This document shows, one piece after another, positions 1 to 6,918 of a stretch of 48,331 bases of DNA. The position numbers and the translations under genes were made by a program. Each line of letters opens with the position of its first letter. Positions within the stretch are counted from its first letter, which is position 1. The DNA is from a virus. Its lineage: Duplodnaviria; Caudoviricetes. The DNA lies in IMG/VR virus record IMGVR_UViG_3300031683_000008, positions 1-48,331 of that record. One strand, given 5' to 3'. Below the pieces are notes generated by a model. That model ran no database searches. It was given only the letters and a program-made list of their open reading frames with translations, and was not told the origin of the DNA.

Positions 1-63
1 AATATTGGCAACTTGGGTGTTTTATTTGGCGATACTATTTTTAAACAACTAAAACAAGACTAA
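1..63 (+). CDS. 3' end of a truncated small hypothetical protein (...FKQLKQD*)
   Basis: Frame 1 is open from the window edge to TAA at 61-63, followed 1 nt later by the next ATG, the same junction as at 229/231. Confidence 0.55.
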   Translation, partial: NIGNLGVLFGDTIFKQLKQD

Positions 64-68
64 GATGG
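47..68 (+). repeat. 22-bp direct repeat copy 1 (AACTAAAACAAGACTAAGATGG) at a stop/start junction
   Basis: Identical to 213-234. Confidence 0.9.
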
Positions 69-229
69 AACAACCAAAAAAAGAAGGAAGTTATGTGTGT
101 AGAATGAGTAACGGCTACATCAAGTTATGCTACTACACAAGCACAGAATGGTTAGATATGTGGGAAACTACATTGAAAGGTGAAGTAATTAGATGGATGG
201 AAATCCCTAACGAACTAAAACAAGACTAA
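65..229 (+). CDS. 54-aa hypothetical protein, DUF551-like
   Basis: Below the ORF track cutoff; manual translation MEQPKKEGSYVCRMSNGYIKLCYYTSTEWLDMWETTLKGEVIRWMEIPNELKQD; P..EG.Y and V..WM.IP pattern typical of DUF551-like phage proteins. Confidence 0.7.
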   Translation: MEQPKKEGSYVCRMSNGYIKLCYYTSTEWLDMWETTLKGEVIRWMEIPNELKQD

Positions 230-234
230 GATGG
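213..234 (+). repeat. 22-bp direct repeat copy 2 at a stop/start junction
   Basis: Identical to 47-68. Confidence 0.9.
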
Positions 235-440
235 CACAAAACAAGACACTTAGCCTAATCGAGGCTATAGTAGGGACAGTGATAGGGTTATTAGTATCCT
301 TCGTAATTCAATTGGTATTATACCCTATCCTAGACATTGAAGTTAGTATAGAACAAAACATCACAATTACAATAGTATTCTTCATAGCTAGTCTGTGCAG
401 GAACTATGTAATCAGACGAATCTTCACTAAACTATCCTAG
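231..440 (+). CDS. Small two-TM phage membrane protein (DUF7220-like)
   Basis: SLIEAIVGTVIG...QLVLYP...RNYVIRRIF pattern; two hydrophobic helices. Confidence 0.7.
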   Translation: MAQNKTLSLIEAIVGTVIGLLVSFVIQLVLYPILDIEVSIEQNITITIVFFIASLCRNYVIRRIFTKLS

Positions 441-659
441 ATGGACGAAAGAGATATAGACTACCACCTTGGTATAGGATACTGGGTACAAGTCAGCCCT
501 TTAGCTAACGCAGGTTCAGGGTGGATATGCGGAGTATACAAGCGAGGTAAGAAGACAGGTAACTGGGTTACTGAATCCTCTAAACAATTTAAGACACCTA
601 ACGAGTGTTACAATTGGGCTGACGAAGAGATACATAATTTATTAACTAGATACAAGTAA
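441..659 (+). CDS. Hypothetical protein
   Basis: Abuts neighbouring genes on both sides. Confidence 0.7.
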   Translation: MDERDIDYHLGIGYWVQVSPLANAGSGWICGVYKRGKKTGNWVTESSKQFKTPNECYNWADEEIHNLLTRYK

Positions 660-660
660 A

Positions 661-1209
661 ATGACACAAAAAGACTTTAATGACAAGACCCTTGATGCGC
701 TAACTCAGATAACTGAGACGCTTGCAGAAACGGGGAAGGCACGTGATTCTATGTATCAATTGATACAACTTGAGAGTGCTAGAGTAGACTCAGCCGAGGA
801 TAAATTAGATATTCTTATGGGTGAGAGATACTCTCGTATTGCAAATGAAAATGCTAAGGTAGAGCAAGTAGACGAAACAGGACACTTAACATCTAGTGCG
901 GATGATATATTCAGACTGCTGAATGCTAAGGAGGATTTCGAGGAAAGTATTGAAAACCACTTAGAAAGAGAAGAGCCTACTATAACCCCTAAAAAATTAT
1001 TAAAGTTAGGCTTTATAGAGCATTATCAAGAGAATGAGGGCTATGAACCAGGTTATACCTTCTATTCCTTCAAGAAACACGGAATAGAGTTAACCTCTAG
1101 TGAGGTGGGGGGATTATTCCCGCTGTACGTATACACAGAGGGTTCTCACGAAATAAACTCCCTTAGAACATTAGGAGATTTAATCTTATCACTAACAGAA
1201 CTAAGATGA
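661..1209 (+). CDS. Hypothetical protein (N-terminal coiled coil; C-terminal ITPKKLLKLGF phage module)
   Basis: 182-aa ORF, tight packing; motif common in small phage proteins. Confidence 0.75.
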   Translation: MTQKDFNDKTLDALTQITETLAETGKARDSMYQLIQLESARVDSAEDKLDILMGERYSRIANENAKVEQVDETGHLTSSADDIFRLLNAKEDFEESIENHLEREEPTITPKKLLKLGFIEHYQENEGYEPGYTFYSFKKHGIELTSSEVGGLFPLYVYTEGSHEINSLRTLGDLILSLTELR

Positions 1210-1298
1210 CAGAAAAAGCATTCCTCATAGGTTTAGGAGTCTTCGCAATACTGATAGTATTGTACGATAGATCCATAAACAAACGAAATGGCCGTTAA
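1206..1298 (+). CDS. 30-aa single-TM peptide
   Basis: ATGA overlap with the upstream stop; MTEKAFLIGLGVFAILIVLYDRSINKRNGR. Confidence 0.5.
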   Translation: MTEKAFLIGLGVFAILIVLYDRSINKRNGR

Positions 1299-1342
1299 AG
1301 TATAGCTAAAGTATACACTATAGCCATTAACAATAAATATAT

Positions 1343-1350
1343 TATCTTTG
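1343..1350 (+). promoter_or_regulatory. Candidate Bacteroidota housekeeping-sigma -7 element (TATCTTTG)
   Basis: Matches TAnnTTTG in the only sizeable intergenic gap of the + arm; no clear -33 TTTG. Confidence 0.45.
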
Positions 1351-1421
1351 ATTCTTTTTTCATAAGGTAAATGTAGGTAAACTATTCACACTGAACGTTA
1401 ACTAAATATTAAGAAATCATT

Positions 1422-1598
1422 ATGTATAAAGGAACATTGACAGACACAAACGACAGAAAAGCTAACGGACAACCTGCCTCAATCAAGTTCAGAGATGAGT
1501 CTATACTTGAAGTTATGACTCACTTTAGTATGCTCATAGAAGATTGTAGCCTGACTGAGATAAAAATTAAAATAGTTAAGAAAGATGGCAAAGTTTGA
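1422..1598 (+). CDS. 58-aa hypothetical protein
   Basis: Manual translation MYKGTLTDTNDRK...IKIKIVKKDGKV; fills the gap and overlaps the next start. Confidence 0.55.
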   Translation: MYKGTLTDTNDRKANGQPASIKFRDESILEVMTHFSMLIEDCSLTEIKIKIVKKDGKV

Positions 1599-1776
1599 GT
1601 GTAAAATATGTGGATCCAAGTTAGAACTGGCTAAACATACAATGAAAGTAGAAGACGGTGTGATAGTATCACCTGACGCTATGTGTTGCAAGGCCTATAT
1701 GACTGGTATTCGAGAGAATAAAGGTCTAGGAGGTATTATTAAGAAGCCTGGCGGTACAGTCAGCGGTAAAATTTAG
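1585..1776 (+). CDS. Small zinc-ribbon protein (FmdB-like)
   Basis: F-E-CxxCG ... CC pattern. Confidence 0.6.
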   Translation: MAKFECKICGSKLELAKHTMKVEDGVIVSPDAMCCKAYMTGIRENKGLGGIIKKPGGTVSGKI

Positions 1777-1779
1777 AGT

Positions 1780-2046
1780 ATGTTAATACCAATACTAGTA
1801 ATCGTAATAACGCTTACAGCAGTAGTGCTGTTACTTAGCGGAGCATTAATCATTTGGAAAAAAGAGGTAGATGAAAGGAATAATAGCAAGCCTAATATCA
1901 GAGTCAATCAGGAAAGGGAAAAATTTAAACGTAGTTCAAAGGCTACTAAGAATAAAGCACCGGATAAAGATAAGTTTAGAGGCGTTACGAAGAAGAAAAA
2001 GAAATTTAAATCAGTAAACAAAGAGAGACATGGAGCTACCAACTAA
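1780..2046 (+). CDS. Membrane-anchored basic protein
   Basis: N-terminal TM helix, Lys/Arg-rich tail. Confidence 0.65.
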   Translation: MLIPILVIVITLTAVVLLLSGALIIWKKEVDERNNSKPNIRVNQEREKFKRSSKATKNKAPDKDKFRGVTKKKKKFKSVNKERHGATN

Positions 2047-2728
2047 AATAGTCCCCGCACTACGTAAATCACCGAAGAATTTGGTGATATATGGGGCCCC
2101 TAAAATAGGGAAAACATCAGCATTAGCTGAACTAGAGAACTGTCTTATCATCGATCTAGAGGACGGATCAGACTTATTAGATGCTTTGAAAGTAAAGGCA
2201 CATAACTTAGCTGATCTATCTAAAGTAGGTAAAGCTATACATGCTGCAGGGAAACCTTATAAGTATATAGCTATTGACACGATCTCCAAGCTGGAAGAAT
2301 GGTGCGAAGGAGAAGCTAAGCAGATTTACATGCAAACCCCTATGGGTAAAACCTTTGAGACTAAGAATCCGGGTGCATCTGTGTTGTCTCTACCTAATGG
2401 TGGAGGATACCTGTACTTGCGTATGGCGTATAAACGTTGGCTTGAAAGATTGAACACTCTGGCAGATCATATCATACTTGTAGGTCACCTCAAGGATAAG
2501 ATGTTAGAGAAGAAGGGAAAGGAAGTATCTGTGAAAGATCTCGACCTTACTGGAAAGATTAAGAACATTACATGCGCTGATGCGGATGCAGTAGGATATA
2601 TATATAGAGAAGATGATGTCACTATGATTTCATTTGACTCTATGGACGATATAGCTGCAGGCTCAAGATGCGCGCACTTAAAAGGAAAGACCATGCCTTT
2701 AAACTGGTCAGAAATATTCATTGATTAA
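2030..2728 (+). CDS. AAA_24 / Sak4-like P-loop ATPase (ssDNA-annealing recombinase family)
   Basis: Walker A GAPKIGKT, IIDLEDG, Walker B IAIDTI, ILVGH; near an SSB-like gene. Confidence 0.85.
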   Translation: MELPTKIVPALRKSPKNLVIYGAPKIGKTSALAELENCLIIDLEDGSDLLDALKVKAHNLADLSKVGKAIHAAGKPYKYIAIDTISKLEEWCEGEAKQIYMQTPMGKTFETKNPGASVLSLPNGGGYLYLRMAYKRWLERLNTLADHIILVGHLKDKMLEKKGKEVSVKDLDLTGKIKNITCADADAVGYIYREDDVTMISFDSMDDIAAGSRCAHLKGKTMPLNWSEIFID

Positions 2729-2738
2729 TTATCACACC

Positions 2739-3161
2739 ATGATTGAAACAAACCAAGAATTAACCGTAGAAACCGCAAAAATGGCTACACCAACAACTAT
2801 TACAACGTCTATGATCTTAGCAGATCTAGAGAACGGTATCGACCGTCCAGGAATCAAAGCTAAGTACGACTTAGAAGGATGGGAATTGACAGAGATGTTC
2901 AAGCACCCAGTCTTAAAAGGTAAGAAAGCAAGCAGAAAGCGTAAGATGTCTTTCACTTTTGTAGATGACACAGCAGCGTCATTAGACACTGTATCACCAG
3001 CTCAAGTAGACTTAGAAAAGTCTATTGAAGAGGTTGAGGAGTACAACGACGAACAAACAAATGCTATGGAGCAGGAGATTGAGGATCGTAATCAATTTGA
3101 AGCTGAGCAAGCAGAAGAAGACACAGCGTTTTCAGCAGGATTTGACGGAGAAGAATTTTAA
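2739..3161 (+). CDS. Hypothetical protein with HTH-like N-half and acidic tail
   Basis: ATG at 2739 preferred to the TTG at 2721; DLENGIDRPGIKAKY helical motif; Glu-rich C-terminus. Confidence 0.65.
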   Translation: MIETNQELTVETAKMATPTTITTSMILADLENGIDRPGIKAKYDLEGWELTEMFKHPVLKGKKASRKRKMSFTFVDDTAASLDTVSPAQVDLEKSIEEVEEYNDEQTNAMEQEIEDRNQFEAEQAEEDTAFSAGFDGEEF

Positions 3162-3179
3162 TTTTAAATAAACAGAAAG

Positions 3180-3974
3180 ATGGCGATTAAATCGAATTCA
3201 AGTACAGAACAAGTAGCAGGATCAGGTATTACATTATACTCAGGACTTACTAATATGAAAGTTGTAGCAGTAAACCCTTCAATGAAGGAATTGCATGCAA
3301 TGGAAATCAAAGTTAAGCAAGAGCCTAACTATTCAGTATCTTTTAACAACGAGGACTACAACAAGGTAGTATTCTGGTTAGGAAATGAAGATACAACAGT
3401 GAAGATGGAGATCCTAACTCAGCCTAAGGCTAGAGTATCTCAATCAGGTAAGAACCAATGGATCAACAATGTTGGGCAATCAACGTGGTCAGAATCGTCT
3501 CCTTCATACGAATGGTGGAAGAACGAAGGTGAGCACCATGCATTTGTTGGTGAAGAGACTCTTATTAACTTTGTTAAATCGTGGGCTAACGTAGCAAACG
3601 GTGATGAAGTTTCATTTGAGACTACTAAGAAGATAGCTAACGGAGACGTAGCAGAGATTAAAGCTCTTGTTGGAGTGTTAGGAACTAACGAAGTACGTGT
3701 ACTAGTTGGTGTGAAGGATGACAAGTACCAAACAGTGTATTCTAAGCACTTTGGTCGTGTTAAGCCTCAACGTGATGACTTCTTTATCAGAAATCTTAAC
3801 GATGACTATGGTTCATTCAACGCAGACTTCAATGCAGACCTTGCTTGGGGAGAACATAAGCCTACCATTAACTTGTTAGCTGCTGATGTGGGAACTAAGA
3901 AAGACGATGATGCAGACTGGTCTATGCCTGATGCACCATTAACTGAAGGAGATACTGCAAAGTCTCCATTCTAG
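3180..3974 (+). CDS. Putative single-stranded DNA-binding protein
   Basis: Between Sak4-like ATPase and primase; acidic tail ending in PF, as in SSB C-termini. Confidence 0.6.
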   Translation: MAIKSNSSTEQVAGSGITLYSGLTNMKVVAVNPSMKELHAMEIKVKQEPNYSVSFNNEDYNKVVFWLGNEDTTVKMEILTQPKARVSQSGKNQWINNVGQSTWSESSPSYEWWKNEGEHHAFVGEETLINFVKSWANVANGDEVSFETTKKIANGDVAEIKALVGVLGTNEVRVLVGVKDDKYQTVYSKHFGRVKPQRDDFFIRNLNDDYGSFNADFNADLAWGEHKPTINLLAADVGTKKDDDADWSMPDAPLTEGDTAKSPF

Positions 3975-4996
3975 TGATAAAATCTAGAAGTAGTGATGAT
4001 CACTTGCATTCAGAAGTTATACTCGAGAAACTCTCTGAGTATGACATCTTTAGGCACTATATATCAGGGTTCAAGGAAATTGGAGCCCGTTTTAGGAGCG
4101 AGATAAGGGACGACAATGTCCCTTCCGCTGTTATTTATGTATGGAAAGGAAGGCTGTGGTATAAAGACCACGGTCATCCTGATCACTCTTTTAGTTGTCT
4201 TAGATATGTCCAACACAAATTTCAATGTGATTGGGTTACAACCTTACGTATGATAGACTCGGACTTTAATCTGAATTTAGCACATAGTAAGGGAACTGTA
4301 AAAATAGGTGAAGGAAAAAGATATGAAAAGCGAGATTTTACAGAGAAGATAACCATAATCAAAAAGAGATCAAGGGGTTGGATGCAAGCTGACGCAGATT
4401 TTTGGCGACAATTCTATATTGGTAAGGATATTTTAGTTAAATTTGGTGTTGAACCAATAAGTCATTATTGGATTAATACTCTAAGATTTAACTGTGAGAC
4501 AATTACCTACGCGTATCCCTTCGGAACAAGATTTAAAATTTATGCACCTTTATCAAAGGAAGCTAAGTGGTCAAGTAATGTTTCAAGCAAGGACATCCAA
4601 GGATGGACGCAACTTCCGGCGACGGGAGATATAGTCATATTAACATCATCGCTAAAAGATATAATGACCCTGCTAGCAGTAGGGTATAATTCAGTGGCAT
4701 TGCAAACAGAAATGCAAATACCTCCTGAGAATCTTATAGCCCAATTAAAGGAACGATTCAAAGAAGTCCTAGTCTTATACGACAATGACTTCGATAAAGA
4801 AACAAACCCAGGGCAGATGATGGCAAGCAGAATTTGTGAAAAGTATAATCTAGTAAACATTTGCATTCCGAGTGAGTATAGATCCAAGGATCCATCCGAT
4901 CTTGTAAGGAATAAGGATAGGCTTATACTAAAACAAATTATTGATGAGCAAAGAAGATCTGAACGAAAAGCTGAAGAACAATCAAGGCTACCTTAA
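3974..4996 (+). CDS. DNA primase (DnaG-like TOPRIM, crAss type)
   Basis: ILTSSLKD, VLYDND, KDPSD motifs; degenerate N-terminal Zn-binding domain; GTG start overlapping the upstream TAG. Confidence 0.85.
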   Translation: MIKSRSSDDHLHSEVILEKLSEYDIFRHYISGFKEIGARFRSEIRDDNVPSAVIYVWKGRLWYKDHGHPDHSFSCLRYVQHKFQCDWVTTLRMIDSDFNLNLAHSKGTVKIGEGKRYEKRDFTEKITIIKKRSRGWMQADADFWRQFYIGKDILVKFGVEPISHYWINTLRFNCETITYAYPFGTRFKIYAPLSKEAKWSSNVSSKDIQGWTQLPATGDIVILTSSLKDIMTLLAVGYNSVALQTEMQIPPENLIAQLKERFKEVLVLYDNDFDKETNPGQMMASRICEKYNLVNICIPSEYRSKDPSDLVRNKDRLILKQIIDEQRRSERKAEEQSRLP

Positions 4997-6071
4997 GAAG
5001 GGTGCTGCATATTTAGCAGAAAAATTCAATGTATCAGAAGAAACAGTTAGGGCAGTTAAAGCTGAGCTACGAAATGAGGCGCTGGTACCAGAGTCAGATT
5101 CAGCTGAATTCCAAGACCATTTAAGCTCTAATGGGCTGACAATGGACGACGTGAAATCAGTTAAGTTTTGGCAAAGTGCAAGCGGTGAACAACGTTACTC
5201 TGTTGTAACCATGAACCAATGGCACGAGTTCCGAAATGTTAAGAAAGAGTTCCTAGACCTTGTAATACAGGAGTCCCCTACAGTAACTGGATATAAGTAT
5301 GAGAAACACGATGACCCTGTGGCTGTCGAAATCTCACTACCGGATATTCATTACGGGAAAGTAACGGGAGAGGGACCAAGAGTAGTAGAAGATCATTTCA
5401 TGAAGGCGGTAGTAGAACTCTACGGGAAGGTTGCAAACTTGAACGTTGAGAGAATTATCTTACCTATTGGAAATGACGGATTAAACTCTGAAGGTTACTC
5501 GAAGGCCACCACGGCTGGAACTCCACAAACGGATTACATGGGATGGAGAGAGTCTTTTAGAGGATATTGGAAACTGATGGACACTGCTATTACGTACTTA
5601 TCACAATTTGCACCAGTAGATGTGGTTGTTATACAAGGGAATCACGATTATGAGCGTATGTTCTATATCGGTGACTTGCTACAAGCAAGATACGAGAGAA
5701 ACCCCAACATAACAGTAGACAATAGCCTTGAAGAAAGAAAGTATTACCAATATGGGATAAATATGATCCTCTTCTTCCACGGGGACAAGGTGAAAGGCGA
5801 TAAGATACCCCTATTAATGGCAACAGAACAGCCAATTATGTGGAGTCGTACTAAGTTCCGTGAGGCTCACCTAGGTCATTTCCATAAGGAGATGCTTAAT
5901 GAGTTTATGGGAACGAAAGTTAGGTTTATCCCTTCTATTTGTGGGAACGATGAGTGGCATAAGAACAAAGGGTACATCGGTACAATGCGTGTTGGACAGG
6001 TACACATCTGGAGCAAGACACGTGGATATGAAGGTAATTTACAAACTAATATTGTAAACTATGAGCTATAA
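4944..6071 (+). CDS. Calcineurin-like metallophosphoesterase with N-terminal HTH
   Basis: DIHYG, GND, GNHD, HGD, GHFH motifs; LAEKFNVSEETVR HTH. Confidence 0.85.
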   Translation: MSKEDLNEKLKNNQGYLKKGAAYLAEKFNVSEETVRAVKAELRNEALVPESDSAEFQDHLSSNGLTMDDVKSVKFWQSASGEQRYSVVTMNQWHEFRNVKKEFLDLVIQESPTVTGYKYEKHDDPVAVEISLPDIHYGKVTGEGPRVVEDHFMKAVVELYGKVANLNVERIILPIGNDGLNSEGYSKATTAGTPQTDYMGWRESFRGYWKLMDTAITYLSQFAPVDVVVIQGNHDYERMFYIGDLLQARYERNPNITVDNSLEERKYYQYGINMILFFHGDKVKGDKIPLLMATEQPIMWSRTKFREAHLGHFHKEMLNEFMGTKVRFIPSICGNDEWHKNKGYIGTMRVGQVHIWSKTRGYEGNLQTNIVNYEL

Positions 6072-6495
6072 AAGAAAGTCAACCTCTAAGGTTAAAAACG
6101 CTAAGAAAAATACGTACAAAGGGATTGAGTTTCAATCATTCTTAGAACGTACTATGTACAAGGCGCTCGACGATGAAGGTATAGCTGTAGATTACGAGAA
6201 ACACACCTTTACAGTGTTTGATGCTTTAGTTTATCCAATGGCCTGTTATGAAGGGACATCAAAAAAGTTGTATAATAAGGGTTCTAAAGTTAGAGCCATT
6301 ACTTATACACCTGACTTTGTTGACCCGGATGGTAAATGGATCATTGAGACTAAAGGATATGCCAATGAATCGTTTCCTTTAAGATGGAAACTGTTCAAGA
6401 AGCATCTAAAAGACACTGGAAAGCAATATGTATTGTTTATGCCAAGAAATAAAGTTCAAGTTTTAGAGGTTCTAGAACTTGTAAAACAGCTTTAA
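6061..6495 (+). CDS. T7 endonuclease I-like PD-(D/E)XK nuclease / Holliday junction resolvase
   Basis: F.S.LE, YE, YTPDF, IIETKG motifs. Confidence 0.8.
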   Translation: MSYKRKSTSKVKNAKKNTYKGIEFQSFLERTMYKALDDEGIAVDYEKHTFTVFDALVYPMACYEGTSKKLYNKGSKVRAITYTPDFVDPDGKWIIETKGYANESFPLRWKLFKKHLKDTGKQYVLFMPRNKVQVLEVLELVKQL

Positions 6496-6513
6496 CTGCT
6501 ATTAACTTCAATT

Positions 6514-6540
6514 AAGGGGCCCATTAGGGCCCTTTCTTTG
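6514..6540 (+). terminator. Rho-independent terminator
   Basis: AAGGGGCCC-ATTA-GGGCCCTTT hairpin followed by a T-rich tract. Confidence 0.75.
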
Positions 6541-6555
6541 TTTAAAACAATTAAA

Positions 6556-6918
6556 ATGACAGACGAAGAAAAGAAAAAAGATCCTATAGAGGACATAATA
6601 CTCAATATGAGGACAGGTACTCTAATTACAGTATTCTATGGTACGTATTCCTGTAAAGGAGTGTTTATAGGATTTAGAGACCAAACAAATAGTACGTATC
6701 CAGGCAGAAGAATGCATTACCATTCTCTTTATAATCATGACATTAGTAGTGGCACTATATGGATAAGTAAGAAACTAGAGGAGTGGAAGAAAGGTAAAGG
6801 AAGACCGTACATATCTCAAATACATTCTAATGCAGAGCATAGGGTATTCCCAATAGGAAAAGAGATGCTATCAGAGTATGAAAAAGAGTATTATAACACA
6901 GTAAAATCATTGATATGA
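6556..6918 (+). CDS. Hypothetical protein
   Basis: ATG at 6556 after an A-rich leader; ATGA overlap with rIIA. Confidence 0.7.
   Translation: MTDEEKKKDPIEDIILNMRTGTLITVFYGTYSCKGVFIGFRDQTNSTYPGRRMHYHSLYNHDISSGTIWISKKLEEWKKGKGRPYISQIHSNAEHRVFPIGKEMLSEYEKEYYNTVKSLI

Noticed and set aside
47-234. Possible mini-CRISPR array
   Set aside because: Only two repeats, the 144-bp spacer is coding sequence, the repeat is not palindromic and there are no cas genes.
1299-1421. tRNA or structured ncRNA in the intergenic gap
   Set aside because: No cloverleaf or T-loop motif; the region is short and AT-rich.
1479-1691. 70-aa minus-strand ORF
   Set aside because: Overlaps two better-supported + strand ORFs (1422-1598 and 1585-1776) in a co-directional gene block.
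4438-4445. TAAATTTG promoter-like octamer inside the primase gene
   Set aside because: Intragenic, poorly spaced from any -33 element, and expected by chance in AT-rich DNA.
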